Origin: an uncultured bacterium
Lineage (GTDB): Bacteria; Krumholzibacteriota; Krumholzibacteriia; Krumholzibacteriales; Krumholzibacteriaceae
Direction of reading: 5' to 3'
Assembly (NCBI GenBank): GCA_963786935.1
Contig: CAWBAN010000001.1
Coordinates: 1,312,001 to 1,376,000, forward strand
Length of the DNA: 64,000 bases
In this document: positions 56,203 through 64,000 of the stretch, piece by piece
How the letters are laid out: each line of letters starts with the position of its first letter
How positions within the stretch are numbered: position 1 is the first letter of the stretch
Made by a program: the position numbers and the translations under genes
The notes under the pieces: generated by a model
What the model saw: the letters and a program-made list of their open reading frames with translations, nothing else
What the model was told of the DNA's origin: nothing
Database searches by the model: none

Positions 56203-57177
56203 TCACGTCTCCCTTGCGATCCGTTCCCAGTATTCGAACAGCGCGCCGAGCATATCCTCCGTCGAATGCTCCCGCCGCCACGCGCAGGCGCGCCGCAGAC
56301 GCGCGTTGTCGCCGACGAGCACCGGAATATCCACCGGGCGCACGAGCCCCGGATCCTCCTCGACCCGCGCCGGGACGCCGCACGCGCGGATGAGGAAATC
56401 GAGCGCGTCGCGCAGCGGCACCCCCTCCCCCGAGCACACGTTGTACACGCCCGGCTCGCTCGCCTCCTCGGCGAGCATCCGGTACGCGCGGACGACGTCG
56501 CGCACGTCGAGAAAATCGCGCACGACGTCGAGGGTGCCGACCTTCACGACCGGCTCGCGCTTCCCCGCGCGTATCTCCGCGCACTGGCGCGCGAACGCGG
56601 GGAGCACGAACCGCGCGGTCTGCCCCGGCCCCGTATGCCCGAAGCTCCGCACGGCGACGACGTCCATCCCGAAGGCGCGCTCGTACTGGAGCGCGAGCAT
56701 CGTCTGCGCCGCCTTGCTCACCGCGTACGGGCTCACGGGCTCGATCGGGCTCTCCTCGCCGAGCGGCATCGCGCCGCGCGGCCGCCGCCCGTACTCCTCG
56801 CTCGAGCCGACGGAGAGGATGCGGGTCTTCCCCGAACGCGTACGCGCGCCCGGGCACGCGTACGGCTGGAACCGGATGCTCTCGAACAGGTTGAGCGTGC
56901 CGAACACGTTCGTCTCGAGCGTCGAGCGCGGATCGTCGAACGAGCGCGCCGCCGAACTCTGCGCGGCGAGATGAAATATGCAATCGGGGCGGACGTCGGC
57001 GACGAGCGCCTTCACGGCGGCGCCGTCGAGAAGGTCGCAGCGCCGGCGCGCGATGTCTTTCGGAAACCCTACGGGCTCGACGACATCGGTCGCGATGACC
57101 TCGTGTCCCGCGGAGGCGAGCTCCCGGACGAGATACGCGCCGACGAAGCCGCCGGCCCCGGTGACCAGTGAACGCAT
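56203..57177 (-). CDS. NAD-dependent epimerase/dehydratase (GDP-mannose dehydratase/Rmd-like)
   Basis: TGAGGFVG, HLAAQS, SSEEYG, PYAVSK, HTGPGQ, RDFLDVRD. Confidence 0.88.
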   Translation of the reverse strand: MRSLVTGAGGFVGAYLVRELASAGHEVIATDVVEPVGFPKDIARRRCDLLDGAAVKALVADVRPDCIFHLAAQSSAARSFDDPRSTLETNVFGTLNLFESIRFQPYACPGARTRSGKTRILSVGSSEEYGRRPRGAMPLGEESPIEPVSPYAVSKAAQTMLALQYERAFGMDVVAVRSFGHTGPGQTARFVLPAFARQCAEIRAGKREPVVKVGTLDVVRDFLDVRDVVRAYRMLAEEASEPGVYNVCSGEGVPLRDALDFLIRACGVPARVEEDPGLVRPVDIPVLVGDNARLRRACAWRREHSTEDMLGALFEYWERIARET

Positions 57178-57199
57178 GGCAACTCCCGCCCGGCGGCCG

Positions 57200-58162
57200 C
57201 TATCTCCTGCCGGGATTGTTCCGCCAGAAATCGAGGAGATCCCTGAGCGTCTGTTCGAACGGTATCTCGGGCTTCCAGCCGGTATCCGCCCGGAATTTCT
57301 CGTTGGAACCCTCGAGGTGCGGGACGTCGCTCGGCCTGAGCCGCGCGGCGTCCTGCTCGATCGCGGCCTTCACGCCCGCGAGCGACAGGAGCATCTCGAG
57401 AATCTCGCCGATGCGATAGCTCGTTCCCGAGCAGAGGTTGTACACTTCGCCGCTCTTCCCCTTCTCCAGCGCGAGCCAGTACGCCCGCACGATGTCCCGC
57501 ACGTCGGTGAAATCGCGGCGCGCCTCGAGGTTGCCGACGCGGATGACCGGTTTGCGGGCGCCGCGCCCGATGTCGATGATCTGCTTGGCGAAATCGGAGC
57601 AGACGAAGATCGCAGGGCGCCGGGGTCCCGTGTGGTTGAAGCCGCGCGTCCGCACGACGTCCGTGCGGTAGCTCATGAAGTACTGGTAGGCGAGCATGTC
57701 CTGCCCGACCTTGCTCACCGCGTAGGGGCTCAGGGGCCGCAGGGGATTCGTCTCCTTGATGGGAACCTCCCCCGGATAGACCATGCCGTACTCCTCGCTC
57801 GAGCAGGCGATCTGGATCCGGCAGGCGAGCTTGATCTTGCGCACCGCTTCGAAGACGTTGAGCTGCCCGACGATGTTGGTGACGAGCGATTCGGTCGGCG
57901 CGTTCCACGAAGTGGGAACGAAGCTCTGCGCGGCGAGGTGGAAGATGTAGTCGGGGCGGATCTCCTCGATCGCGTCGCGGGTGGACGTCGCGTCGCGGAG
58001 GTCGCATTCGAGGAGCTTCACCCGGTCCCAGATATGCTCGATGTTCTCGGTCCTGCTCCGCCACCGGACGATCCCGAAGAGCTCGACGCCCTTCTTCGTG
58101 AGACAGAGATCGGCGAGATGGCTTCCGGCGAAGCCCGTGATGCCGGTAATGAGAACTCTCAT
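57200..58162 (-). CDS. NAD-dependent epimerase/dehydratase (GDP-mannose 4,6-dehydratase-like)
   Basis: TGITGFAGSHL, HLAAQSFV, SSEEYG, PYAVSK, FNHTGPRR, GNLEARRDF. Confidence 0.9.
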   Translation of the reverse strand: MRVLITGITGFAGSHLADLCLTKKGVELFGIVRWRSRTENIEHIWDRVKLLECDLRDATSTRDAIEEIRPDYIFHLAAQSFVPTSWNAPTESLVTNIVGQLNVFEAVRKIKLACRIQIACSSEEYGMVYPGEVPIKETNPLRPLSPYAVSKVGQDMLAYQYFMSYRTDVVRTRGFNHTGPRRPAIFVCSDFAKQIIDIGRGARKPVIRVGNLEARRDFTDVRDIVRAYWLALEKGKSGEVYNLCSGTSYRIGEILEMLLSLAGVKAAIEQDAARLRPSDVPHLEGSNEKFRADTGWKPEIPFEQTLRDLLDFWRNNPGRR

Positions 58163-58258
58163 CGCGTTCCCCTTTGCAAATGGTATGCGAGGCCGGCGCC
58201 CCGGACGCGTGCGGGCGCGTGCCCGGCGGAACGTCCCGGCGCGGAGCTTAACTTTTGA

Positions 58259-58288
58259 ATTGTAATGAAATTACCCGGGGGCCGTCAA
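58259..58288 (-). promoter_or_regulatory. Putative sigma70 promoter of the nucleotide-sugar operon
   Basis: TTGACG-N18-TACAAT. Confidence 0.55.
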
Positions 58289-58312
58289 TGCGAATCGAGA
58301 CCCGCGCGGGCC

Positions 58313-59593
58313 TCAGCGGTAGACGAACCAGAGCGCGACGTAGGAGGCGGCTACCGCGACGATGGTGAAGGGCAGCCCCATTTTCATGAATCCAAAGAAG
58401 GATATCGGACGCTTGTCCCGGTGGAGCAGCCCCACCGCGACGACGTTGGCCGAGGCGCCGATCGGCGTGATGTTCCCGCCGAGGCATGCGCCGATGAGGA
58501 GCCCGAAGGCGAAGAGCTCGACCGGCAGCGCCGCCTCGGTCGCGAACCGGATCACGACGGGGAGCATCGCGGTGACGTACGGCACGTTGTCGATGAAGCC
58601 CGAGAGGAGCACGGAGGCCCAGACGACGACGGAGTAGAGCACGAATGGGTGCGCTCCCCTGAGAGCGCCGAGCCGTTCGACGATCGCCTCGATGACGCCG
58701 CGGTTGTCGAGCATGCCGACGAGCACGAAGACGCCGGCGAGGAACGCGGCCGTCGCCCAATCGAACTCCCGCACGATTCTCCGGACGCGCCGGTGGTCGT
58801 GAAAGCTGTACCAGACGCAGCCGACGAGGGCCATCGCCATGCAAACGGCGCCCCCGAACCAGACGAAGCCCGGATCGACGAAGGTCGCGCTGGCGAGGAG
58901 CAGGATCGTGAGGATCAGGAGGAGGGTCGGAACGACGCTGAAGATCTTCGTCACGGGAATCGGCTCGAGCTTCCGCTTCATGCCCTTGAAGAAAAAGAAG
59001 AGAACGCCGATGCTCACGATCGCGCCGATCTGCACGAACCAGAAGATCCCCGGCTTCACCGCGGCGGAGCCGTCCCGCATCGGATACACGATGAACTCCA
59101 TGAAGTTCATCTTCATCGCGGCGCCGAGGATCATGCTCGGTGGATCGCCGATGAGCGTCGCCGTGCCCTGCAGATTCGACGAGATGGCGATGCCGATGAT
59201 CACCGGCACCGGGGAGACGCCGGCCTTCCGCGCGAGCGTGAGGGCGATCGGCGCCACGATGAGCACGGCGGCCACGTTCTCGACGAACATCGAGAGCACG
59301 GAGGTGAACGCGACGATCACGAGAAACGCCATGCCGAGATTCGCGCTGCGGTTGATGAGGACGTCCGCGATCGTTTCGGGCACCTTCGAAATGATGAAGA
59401 GCTCGGCCAGCACGAGCGTGCCGGCGAAGATGCCGAGCACGTTCCAGTTGATGCTCGGGACGATTTCCCCGAACTTGAGCGTGCCGAGGGCCAGGGCAAT
59501 CCCGATCCCGGCCCAGGTGACGTGGGCGCGGTGATGCCGGAACACGACGAGGCCGACGTACACGACGACGAATATGACGATCGCAAGCAGCAT
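58313..59593 (-). CDS. ArsB/NhaD/SLC13-family anion permease
   Basis: Many TM helices. SMFVENV, SNLQGTATLIGDPP, SGFIDNVP, GGNITPIGASAN. Confidence 0.88.
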   Translation of the reverse strand: MLLAIVIFVVVYVGLVVFRHHRAHVTWAGIGIALALGTLKFGEIVPSINWNVLGIFAGTLVLAELFIISKVPETIADVLINRSANLGMAFLVIVAFTSVLSMFVENVAAVLIVAPIALTLARKAGVSPVPVIIGIAISSNLQGTATLIGDPPSMILGAAMKMNFMEFIVYPMRDGSAAVKPGIFWFVQIGAIVSIGVLFFFFKGMKRKLEPIPVTKIFSVVPTLLLILTILLLASATFVDPGFVWFGGAVCMAMALVGCVWYSFHDHRRVRRIVREFDWATAAFLAGVFVLVGMLDNRGVIEAIVERLGALRGAHPFVLYSVVVWASVLLSGFIDNVPYVTAMLPVVIRFATEAALPVELFAFGLLIGACLGGNITPIGASANVVAVGLLHRDKRPISFFGFMKMGLPFTIVAVAASYVALWFVYR

Positions 59594-59600
59594 CGCGCCG

Positions 59601-60329
59601 CTACTCCCCCCTCAGTTCCTCGAGAATGCGCTCCGCCGCCGCGCGCGGGGAGTCCGCCTCGATGATCGGACGGCCGACGACGAGGAAATCGCTCCCCGCC
59701 TCGCGCGCCGCGCGCGGCGTCGCCACGCGCTTCTGATCCCCCGCCGCCGCCCCCGCGGGACGGATGCCCGGCGTGACGACCTTGAAGCCGGCGCCGAGCG
59801 CCTCCTTGACCGCGCGCGCCTCCTCGACGGAGGCGACGATTCCGTCGAGCCCCGCCTCGCGCGCCTGTCCCGCGAGGCGCATGACGAGATCGCGCACCGC
59901 GCCCGGCGCGCCGAACGTGCGCGAGAGATCTTCGCCCGAGAGGCTCGTCAGCACGGTGACGCCGACGATGAGCGGCCGCGCGACGCCGAGGCGCTTCGAT
60001 TCCGTCGACGCGGCCCGCGCCGCGGCCCGCATCATCTCGGCGCCCCCCGACGTGTGAATCGTCATCATCGACGCGCCGAGCGCCGTCGCCGCCCGCACGG
60101 CCCCCTCGACGGTCGCGGGTATGTCGTGGAACTTGAGATCGAGAAACACGGAAGCGCCGAGCGCTCTGATCTCCCCGACGATTCCGGGGCCTTCGGCGGT
60201 GAAGAGACGGCTTCCGATCTTGTACATGCGGATCGCGTCGCCGCACGCGGCGACGAGATCGAGCGCCTTCGAGCGCTCCTCGACGTCGAGCGCGACGATG
60301 ACCTCGGGGCGTTTCGACTGCGCGTTCAT
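59601..60329 (-). CDS. pyrF: Orotidine-5'-phosphate decarboxylase
   Basis: IVALD, FLDLKFHDIPATV, VTVLTS, TPGIRP, DQKR, VVGRPI. Confidence 0.95.
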   Translation of the reverse strand: MNAQSKRPEVIVALDVEERSKALDLVAACGDAIRMYKIGSRLFTAEGPGIVGEIRALGASVFLDLKFHDIPATVEGAVRAATALGASMMTIHTSGGAEMMRAAARAASTESKRLGVARPLIVGVTVLTSLSGEDLSRTFGAPGAVRDLVMRLAGQAREAGLDGIVASVEEARAVKEALGAGFKVVTPGIRPAGAAAGDQKRVATPRAAREAGSDFLVVGRPIIEADSPRAAAERILEELRGE

Positions 60330-61241
60330 TCAGCACTCCCTCGATGACGGTTTCGCTCCGACGGCGCGGGGAATCCCGCGCTTCGCGAGCGCCGCGGCGA
60401 TGCGCTCGGGAAGGCCCGGATCGGCGAAGATCGCCGTGCCGACCTGCACGGCGGAGGCTCCCGCCGCGAAGAACTTCTCCGCGTCCGCCACGGACGATAT
60501 GCCGCCCGACCCGATGACGGGGATGTCGACGGCGCGCGCGATCCTCCAGACGGCCTCCAGCGCCACCGGGAGAATCGCCGGTCCCGAGAGGCCCGCTCTC
60601 ACGCGCCGGAAGACGGGCGCGCGCAGGTCGGGACACAGATCCGCGCCGACGACCGTGTTGATCGCGGTGAGCGCGTGCGCTCCCGCGGAGGCCGCCGCGG
60701 CCGCGAGAACGGTGACGTCGCTCACGTTCGGCGTGAGCTTCGCGACGACGGCGCTTCCCGCGAGCGTCTCGACGGCGCGCCGCACGTATTTCGCGAGGAG
60801 CTCGGGATCGTTCCCCACGGACATGCCCCCCCGCTCGACGTTGGGGCACGAGAGATTGATCTCGAAGACGCCGGCGGCGGCGCAATCGGCCGCGGCGTCG
60901 AGGAGCCGGCAGTAGTCATCCCAGTCCTCGGCGCCGAGGCTGACGACCGGCGTGGCGCCCGCCGCGGCGAGCGCCGGGAGCTTCTCGGCGAAGAAGACCG
61001 CCGCCCCCACGTTCTCGAGCCCGATGCTGTTGAGGAGCCCCGCGCTCGTCTCCCAGAGCCTCCGTCCCGGATTGCCGGCCCGCGGACGGAGCGTGACCGT
61101 CTTCGTGACGACGCCGCCGAGCCGGTCGAGCCTGATGAAATCGGCGTACTCCATACCGTATCCGGCCGGACCGGACGCGAGAAACACGCGGTTCCTGAAC
61201 GCCGCGGGACCGATCGAGAATCGCGCCGGGCTTCCCTTCAT
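60330..61241 (-). CDS. pyrD: Dihydroorotate dehydrogenase B, catalytic subunit
   Basis: ATG 61241. LASG, TKTVT, NSIGLEN, EINLSCPN, KLTPNV, AINT, GLSGPAI. Confidence 0.92.
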   Translation of the reverse strand: MKGSPARFSIGPAAFRNRVFLASGPAGYGMEYADFIRLDRLGGVVTKTVTLRPRAGNPGRRLWETSAGLLNSIGLENVGAAVFFAEKLPALAAAGATPVVSLGAEDWDDYCRLLDAAADCAAAGVFEINLSCPNVERGGMSVGNDPELLAKYVRRAVETLAGSAVVAKLTPNVSDVTVLAAAAASAGAHALTAINTVVGADLCPDLRAPVFRRVRAGLSGPAILPVALEAVWRIARAVDIPVIGSGGISSVADAEKFFAAGASAVQVGTAIFADPGLPERIAAALAKRGIPRAVGAKPSSREC

Positions 61242-62053
61242 TCCTCCCACTCCTCCCAGGCGATATCGGCCGCGTCGAAGACCGTGCCGTCGCCGCATAC
61301 GGTCCGGAGCGCCGTCGATCCCCCGGCCTTGACGGGGACGACACAGCCGCGGCACGCGCCGACGCCGCACGCCATGACCGACTCGAGCGACGTGTAATGG
61401 GCCCGGAACGCGCCCCGAACCGCGTCGTCGAGCGCGCGGACCATGCCGCGCGGCCCGCACGAGTAGAGCGTTCCGGCGGGGAGGCGCTTTTCGCGGACGA
61501 GCGCGCGGCAGAGCGCTACGACATCCCCGTGAAATCCCGACGAGCCGTCGAGGGTGGCGAACGAGCGCGAGGAAAATTCCTTCTTCACGAGATCGCCGAG
61601 CAGCTCGGCGCGGTTCGCGGCGCCGTAGAGCATGATGATTCTCCCCGCGACGCCCTTCCGGCGCCACGCGCGGGCGGCGAAGAGGAGCGGCGCGAGCCCG
61701 GTTCCCCCCGCGACGAAAACGGCGGGCGCCCCGGCCGGCTCGGGAAACGAGGACCCGCCGAGCGGGCCCATGATGTCGAGCGTATCGCCGGGCTTCCGCG
61801 CGGCGATCGCCGTCGAGCCGCGGCCGATGACCTTGACGAGGAGCGAGAGCGTTCTCGGCGAGCAATCCATGACGCTGTACGGACGCCGCAGGAGCGGCAC
61901 CGGCGAATCGGAAACCCGTATCGAGACGAACTGACCGGGCCGCGCGTCGGGAAAACCGTCCGGGCGTTCGAGCACGAGCAGGGCGCAGGACGGGGAAAGC
62001 CGCGCGTTTCTCTTGAGCACGGCGTTGAAACAGCCTCTGCGATCCCGCTTCAT
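61238..62053 (-). CDS. pyrK: Dihydroorotate dehydrogenase electron transfer subunit
   Basis: ATG 62053. PGQFV, LRRPYS, GPLG, AGGTGLAP, CGP, MACGVGACRGC...C. Confidence 0.92.
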   Translation of the reverse strand: MKRDRRGCFNAVLKRNARLSPSCALLVLERPDGFPDARPGQFVSIRVSDSPVPLLRRPYSVMDCSPRTLSLLVKVIGRGSTAIAARKPGDTLDIMGPLGGSSFPEPAGAPAVFVAGGTGLAPLLFAARAWRRKGVAGRIIMLYGAANRAELLGDLVKKEFSSRSFATLDGSSGFHGDVVALCRALVREKRLPAGTLYSCGPRGMVRALDDAVRGAFRAHYTSLESVMACGVGACRGCVVPVKAGGSTALRTVCGDGTVFDAADIAWEEWEE

Positions 62054-63639
62054 CGCGCGCCTCCCTGCCCCGGCGGGCGCAGCGTATCGACGACCGCCGT
62101 GTCGGCGCGCGTCGCGCCGGCCCCTCTCGTGCCGACGGCCCCCGCGCCGGCTCGCACCGTGTCGGCGCGCGTCGCATCCGCGCTCGCCGCGCGGGCTGGC
62201 GGCGGCCCGGCGTGCGCCGTGTCGGCGAGCGCCGAATCGCGGTAGGCCTCGAGACGCGCCGCGATGGAATCGGCGCCCGCGCTCCTGAGCTGGCCGAGCG
62301 CCCCTTTCGCCTGGTAGGAGCGCGGATAGCGCTCGACGAGGACCCGCCAGCTCTCGATCGCCGCCTCGTTCTCCTTGAGCGTGTTCTGGCGGATCCACGC
62401 GATCGCGTACGCGGCCTTCGGGGCGGCGGACGTCCCGGGGAAGCTGTCGAGCACGGCCTGGTACCCGGCGAGCGCCGTCGGGATATCCCCGAGCCGGGTC
62501 AGCTGGATCTCGGCGGCCATGAACCGCTTGTCGGCGGCCTGCTCGGCGCTCTCGCCCGCTCCGCCCGCTTTCTGCAGCTCGAGGAGACGTTTGATGCTGC
62601 TGCTCCGCTCGAGGGAAACGGCGGCGAACTCGGAGTTCGCGTACTCGGCCCCCACCTTGGCGAACGCGTCGGCGGCGAGCCGCAGCGAATCGAGCCGCTC
62701 CTGATATATGATACCCATGCGGTAGCTCGCTTCGGCCGAAAAGGTCGACTTCGGATATTTCGTGCCGACGACGCGGTACTCGGCGAGCGCGCGGGGAAGC
62801 GAATCCATGCACTGGTAGCTCGCGGCCCGTCCGAGGAGCAGCGGCGGCATCTCGAGGGAAACCGTCGTCTTCGGGATGAGCTCCTCGAAGAGGGCGAGCG
62901 CCTCGGCGCACGCGCCGGTCATCGTGAGACATTCGCCGAGCGCGAGCGATATCTCGTACCGCCGCTCCCAGGGGAGACCTTTCCGCAGCACCTTTTGATA
63001 GCTCGCCGCCGCCAGGGCCCACTCCCCGCGGCTGTGGTAGAGCTCGGCGCTCTTGAGCCGCGCCTCGTCGACGATTTCCTTCTTGTTCGCCTCAGAGGCG
63101 ACGATGCCGTAGTACTGGAGCGCGCCGTCGTAATCCTCGAGGGCGCGCTTGACGTCTCCGCCGAGGAACAGCGCATCGAAGCGCAGATCGTGCCGCGGAT
63201 ACTCCGTGAGGAACCGCTCGACGTGCGCGAGCGCCTGCGCGTTGTCCCCCTTCAAATGCGAGGCGAGCGCGAGCCAATAGATCGATTGCGGAACGTAATC
63301 GCTCTCCGGAAAGTTCGTCTGGATCTCCTGGAACTTCCGTATCGCCTTGTCGTACTCCTCCTGCCGCACGAGCGCCTCCCCCATGAGGAACATCGCGTCG
63401 TCGACCCACCGGCTCTTCGGATGGTCCTGGATCATCTGCGCGCATTTCTGCACGACCTGTTTGTATTTCTCGCGCTGGTCGCGGGCGGCGGCGTCGGTCG
63501 TCGCCGCCTTCTCCGCCTCCCCGTAGATCCGGCGCGCGTTGTACAGCGTGTTGAAATAGGCGCACGACTGCGTCGACGCCGCGGCGACGAGCGCGGAGAC
63601 GGCGAACACCCGGATGACGCGAGACGCGGACAGGCCCAT
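62050..63639 (-). CDS. TPR-repeat lipoprotein (BamD/YfiO-like repeats, SprE/PorW-like N-terminus)
   Basis: Signal peptide followed by SCAYFNTLYNA. Repeated x-P-x-S TPR units (HPKSRWVDDA, FPESDY, YPKS, YPRS). Confidence 0.82.
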   Translation of the reverse strand: MGLSASRVIRVFAVSALVAAASTQSCAYFNTLYNARRIYGEAEKAATTDAAARDQREKYKQVVQKCAQMIQDHPKSRWVDDAMFLMGEALVRQEEYDKAIRKFQEIQTNFPESDYVPQSIYWLALASHLKGDNAQALAHVERFLTEYPRHDLRFDALFLGGDVKRALEDYDGALQYYGIVASEANKKEIVDEARLKSAELYHSRGEWALAAASYQKVLRKGLPWERRYEISLALGECLTMTGACAEALALFEELIPKTTVSLEMPPLLLGRAASYQCMDSLPRALAEYRVVGTKYPKSTFSAEASYRMGIIYQERLDSLRLAADAFAKVGAEYANSEFAAVSLERSSSIKRLLELQKAGGAGESAEQAADKRFMAAEIQLTRLGDIPTALAGYQAVLDSFPGTSAAPKAAYAIAWIRQNTLKENEAAIESWRVLVERYPRSYQAKGALGQLRSAGADSIAARLEAYRDSALADTAHAGPPPARAASADATRADTVRAGAGAVGTRGAGATRADTAVVDTLRPPGQGGAR

Positions 63640-63652
63640 GGCGGTTATCCTC

Positions 63653-64000
63653 TCAGATCGCGCTCTGCCATTTCCCCTCGAGGAACACCCCCTGCACGCG
63701 GCCGGTGAAGCGGGCGCCGACGAGCGGCGTGTTCTTCGATCGGGAGCGGATGAGCCGCTTCTCGAAGGTCCATTCCTCCGCCGGATCGACGAGCACGAGA
63801 TCGGCAGCGGCGTCCCGCGCGATGCGGCCGCCGGGGAGCCCGAGCACGGACGCGGGCTTGATCGTCAGGAGCTTCACGAGATCGAGCAGGTCGAGCGCGC
63901 CCTTCGCGACGAGCTCGGTGTGGAGCTGGGCGAACGCCGTCTCGAGCCCGATCATCCCGGCGGGCGCCTCGTCGAACTCGACGTCCTTGTCGATCTCGCT
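63653..64000 (-). CDS. pyrC: Dihydroorotase, C-terminal part (runs off the window)
   Basis: APAGMIGLETAF, PASVLGL, ADLVLVDP, SRSKNTP, GRV. Lies in the pyr cluster. Confidence 0.88.
   Translation of the reverse strand, partial: SEIDKDVEFDEAPAGMIGLETAFAQLHTELVAKGALDLLDLVKLLTIKPASVLGLPGGRIARDAAADLVLVDPAEEWTFEKRLIRSRSKNTPLVGARFTGRVQGVFLEGKWQSAI

Noticed and set aside
1..64000. CRISPR arrays, tRNA/rRNA genes (including tRNA-Sec), IS elements, integrases
   Set aside because: No repeat-spacer pattern, RNA-gene-like segment or transposase/integrase motif seen by eye, and intergenic gaps are short. A tRNAscan/Infernal run would be needed to exclude small RNAs.

Overview
GC-rich bacterial chromosome segment, almost entirely coded on the minus strand. 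A FlgD-Ig-like C-terminal domain, a PorX/PglZ regulator next to tsaE and a long OstA-LptD suggest an FCB-superphylum candidate lineage (inference). The left ~7.2 kb is a defence island: Type I RM genes in the order hsdR-hsdS-[RhuM-Fic/Doc]-hsdM, preceded by an AT-richer 682-aa PIN-like, membrane-anchored orphan. It sits next to a YprB/YprA (MrfB/MrfA) exonuclease-helicase pair. The rest is mostly core genome: M23 peptidase, QueH, SelD, ferredoxin, M16 peptidase, LpdA, LytS/LytR, acyl-CoA dehydrogenase-ETF-membrane Fe-S oxidoreductase, HU, LptD, ROK kinase, FolC, PNP, RimI-TsaB-TsaE, PorX-like regulator with kinase, SerS, a nucleotide-sugar cluster and the pyr operon. The ORF track misses two selenoproteins with in-frame UGA and SECIS-like hairpins: SelD (U16) and a 450-aa lipoprotein fusing a degenerate UshA-like domain (A-G-U motif) to a tetraheme c554-like cytochrome. 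Other highlights are a HemC paralogue that has lost its catalytic residues, a putative sigma-54-driven degenerate REC-PAS-HisKA-GGDEF-like hybrid and a Zn-ribbon/Tudor-like small protein. Frameshifts in lptD, wecB and the flippase are probably consensus errors. I saw no rRNA, tRNA, CRISPR array or transposase.
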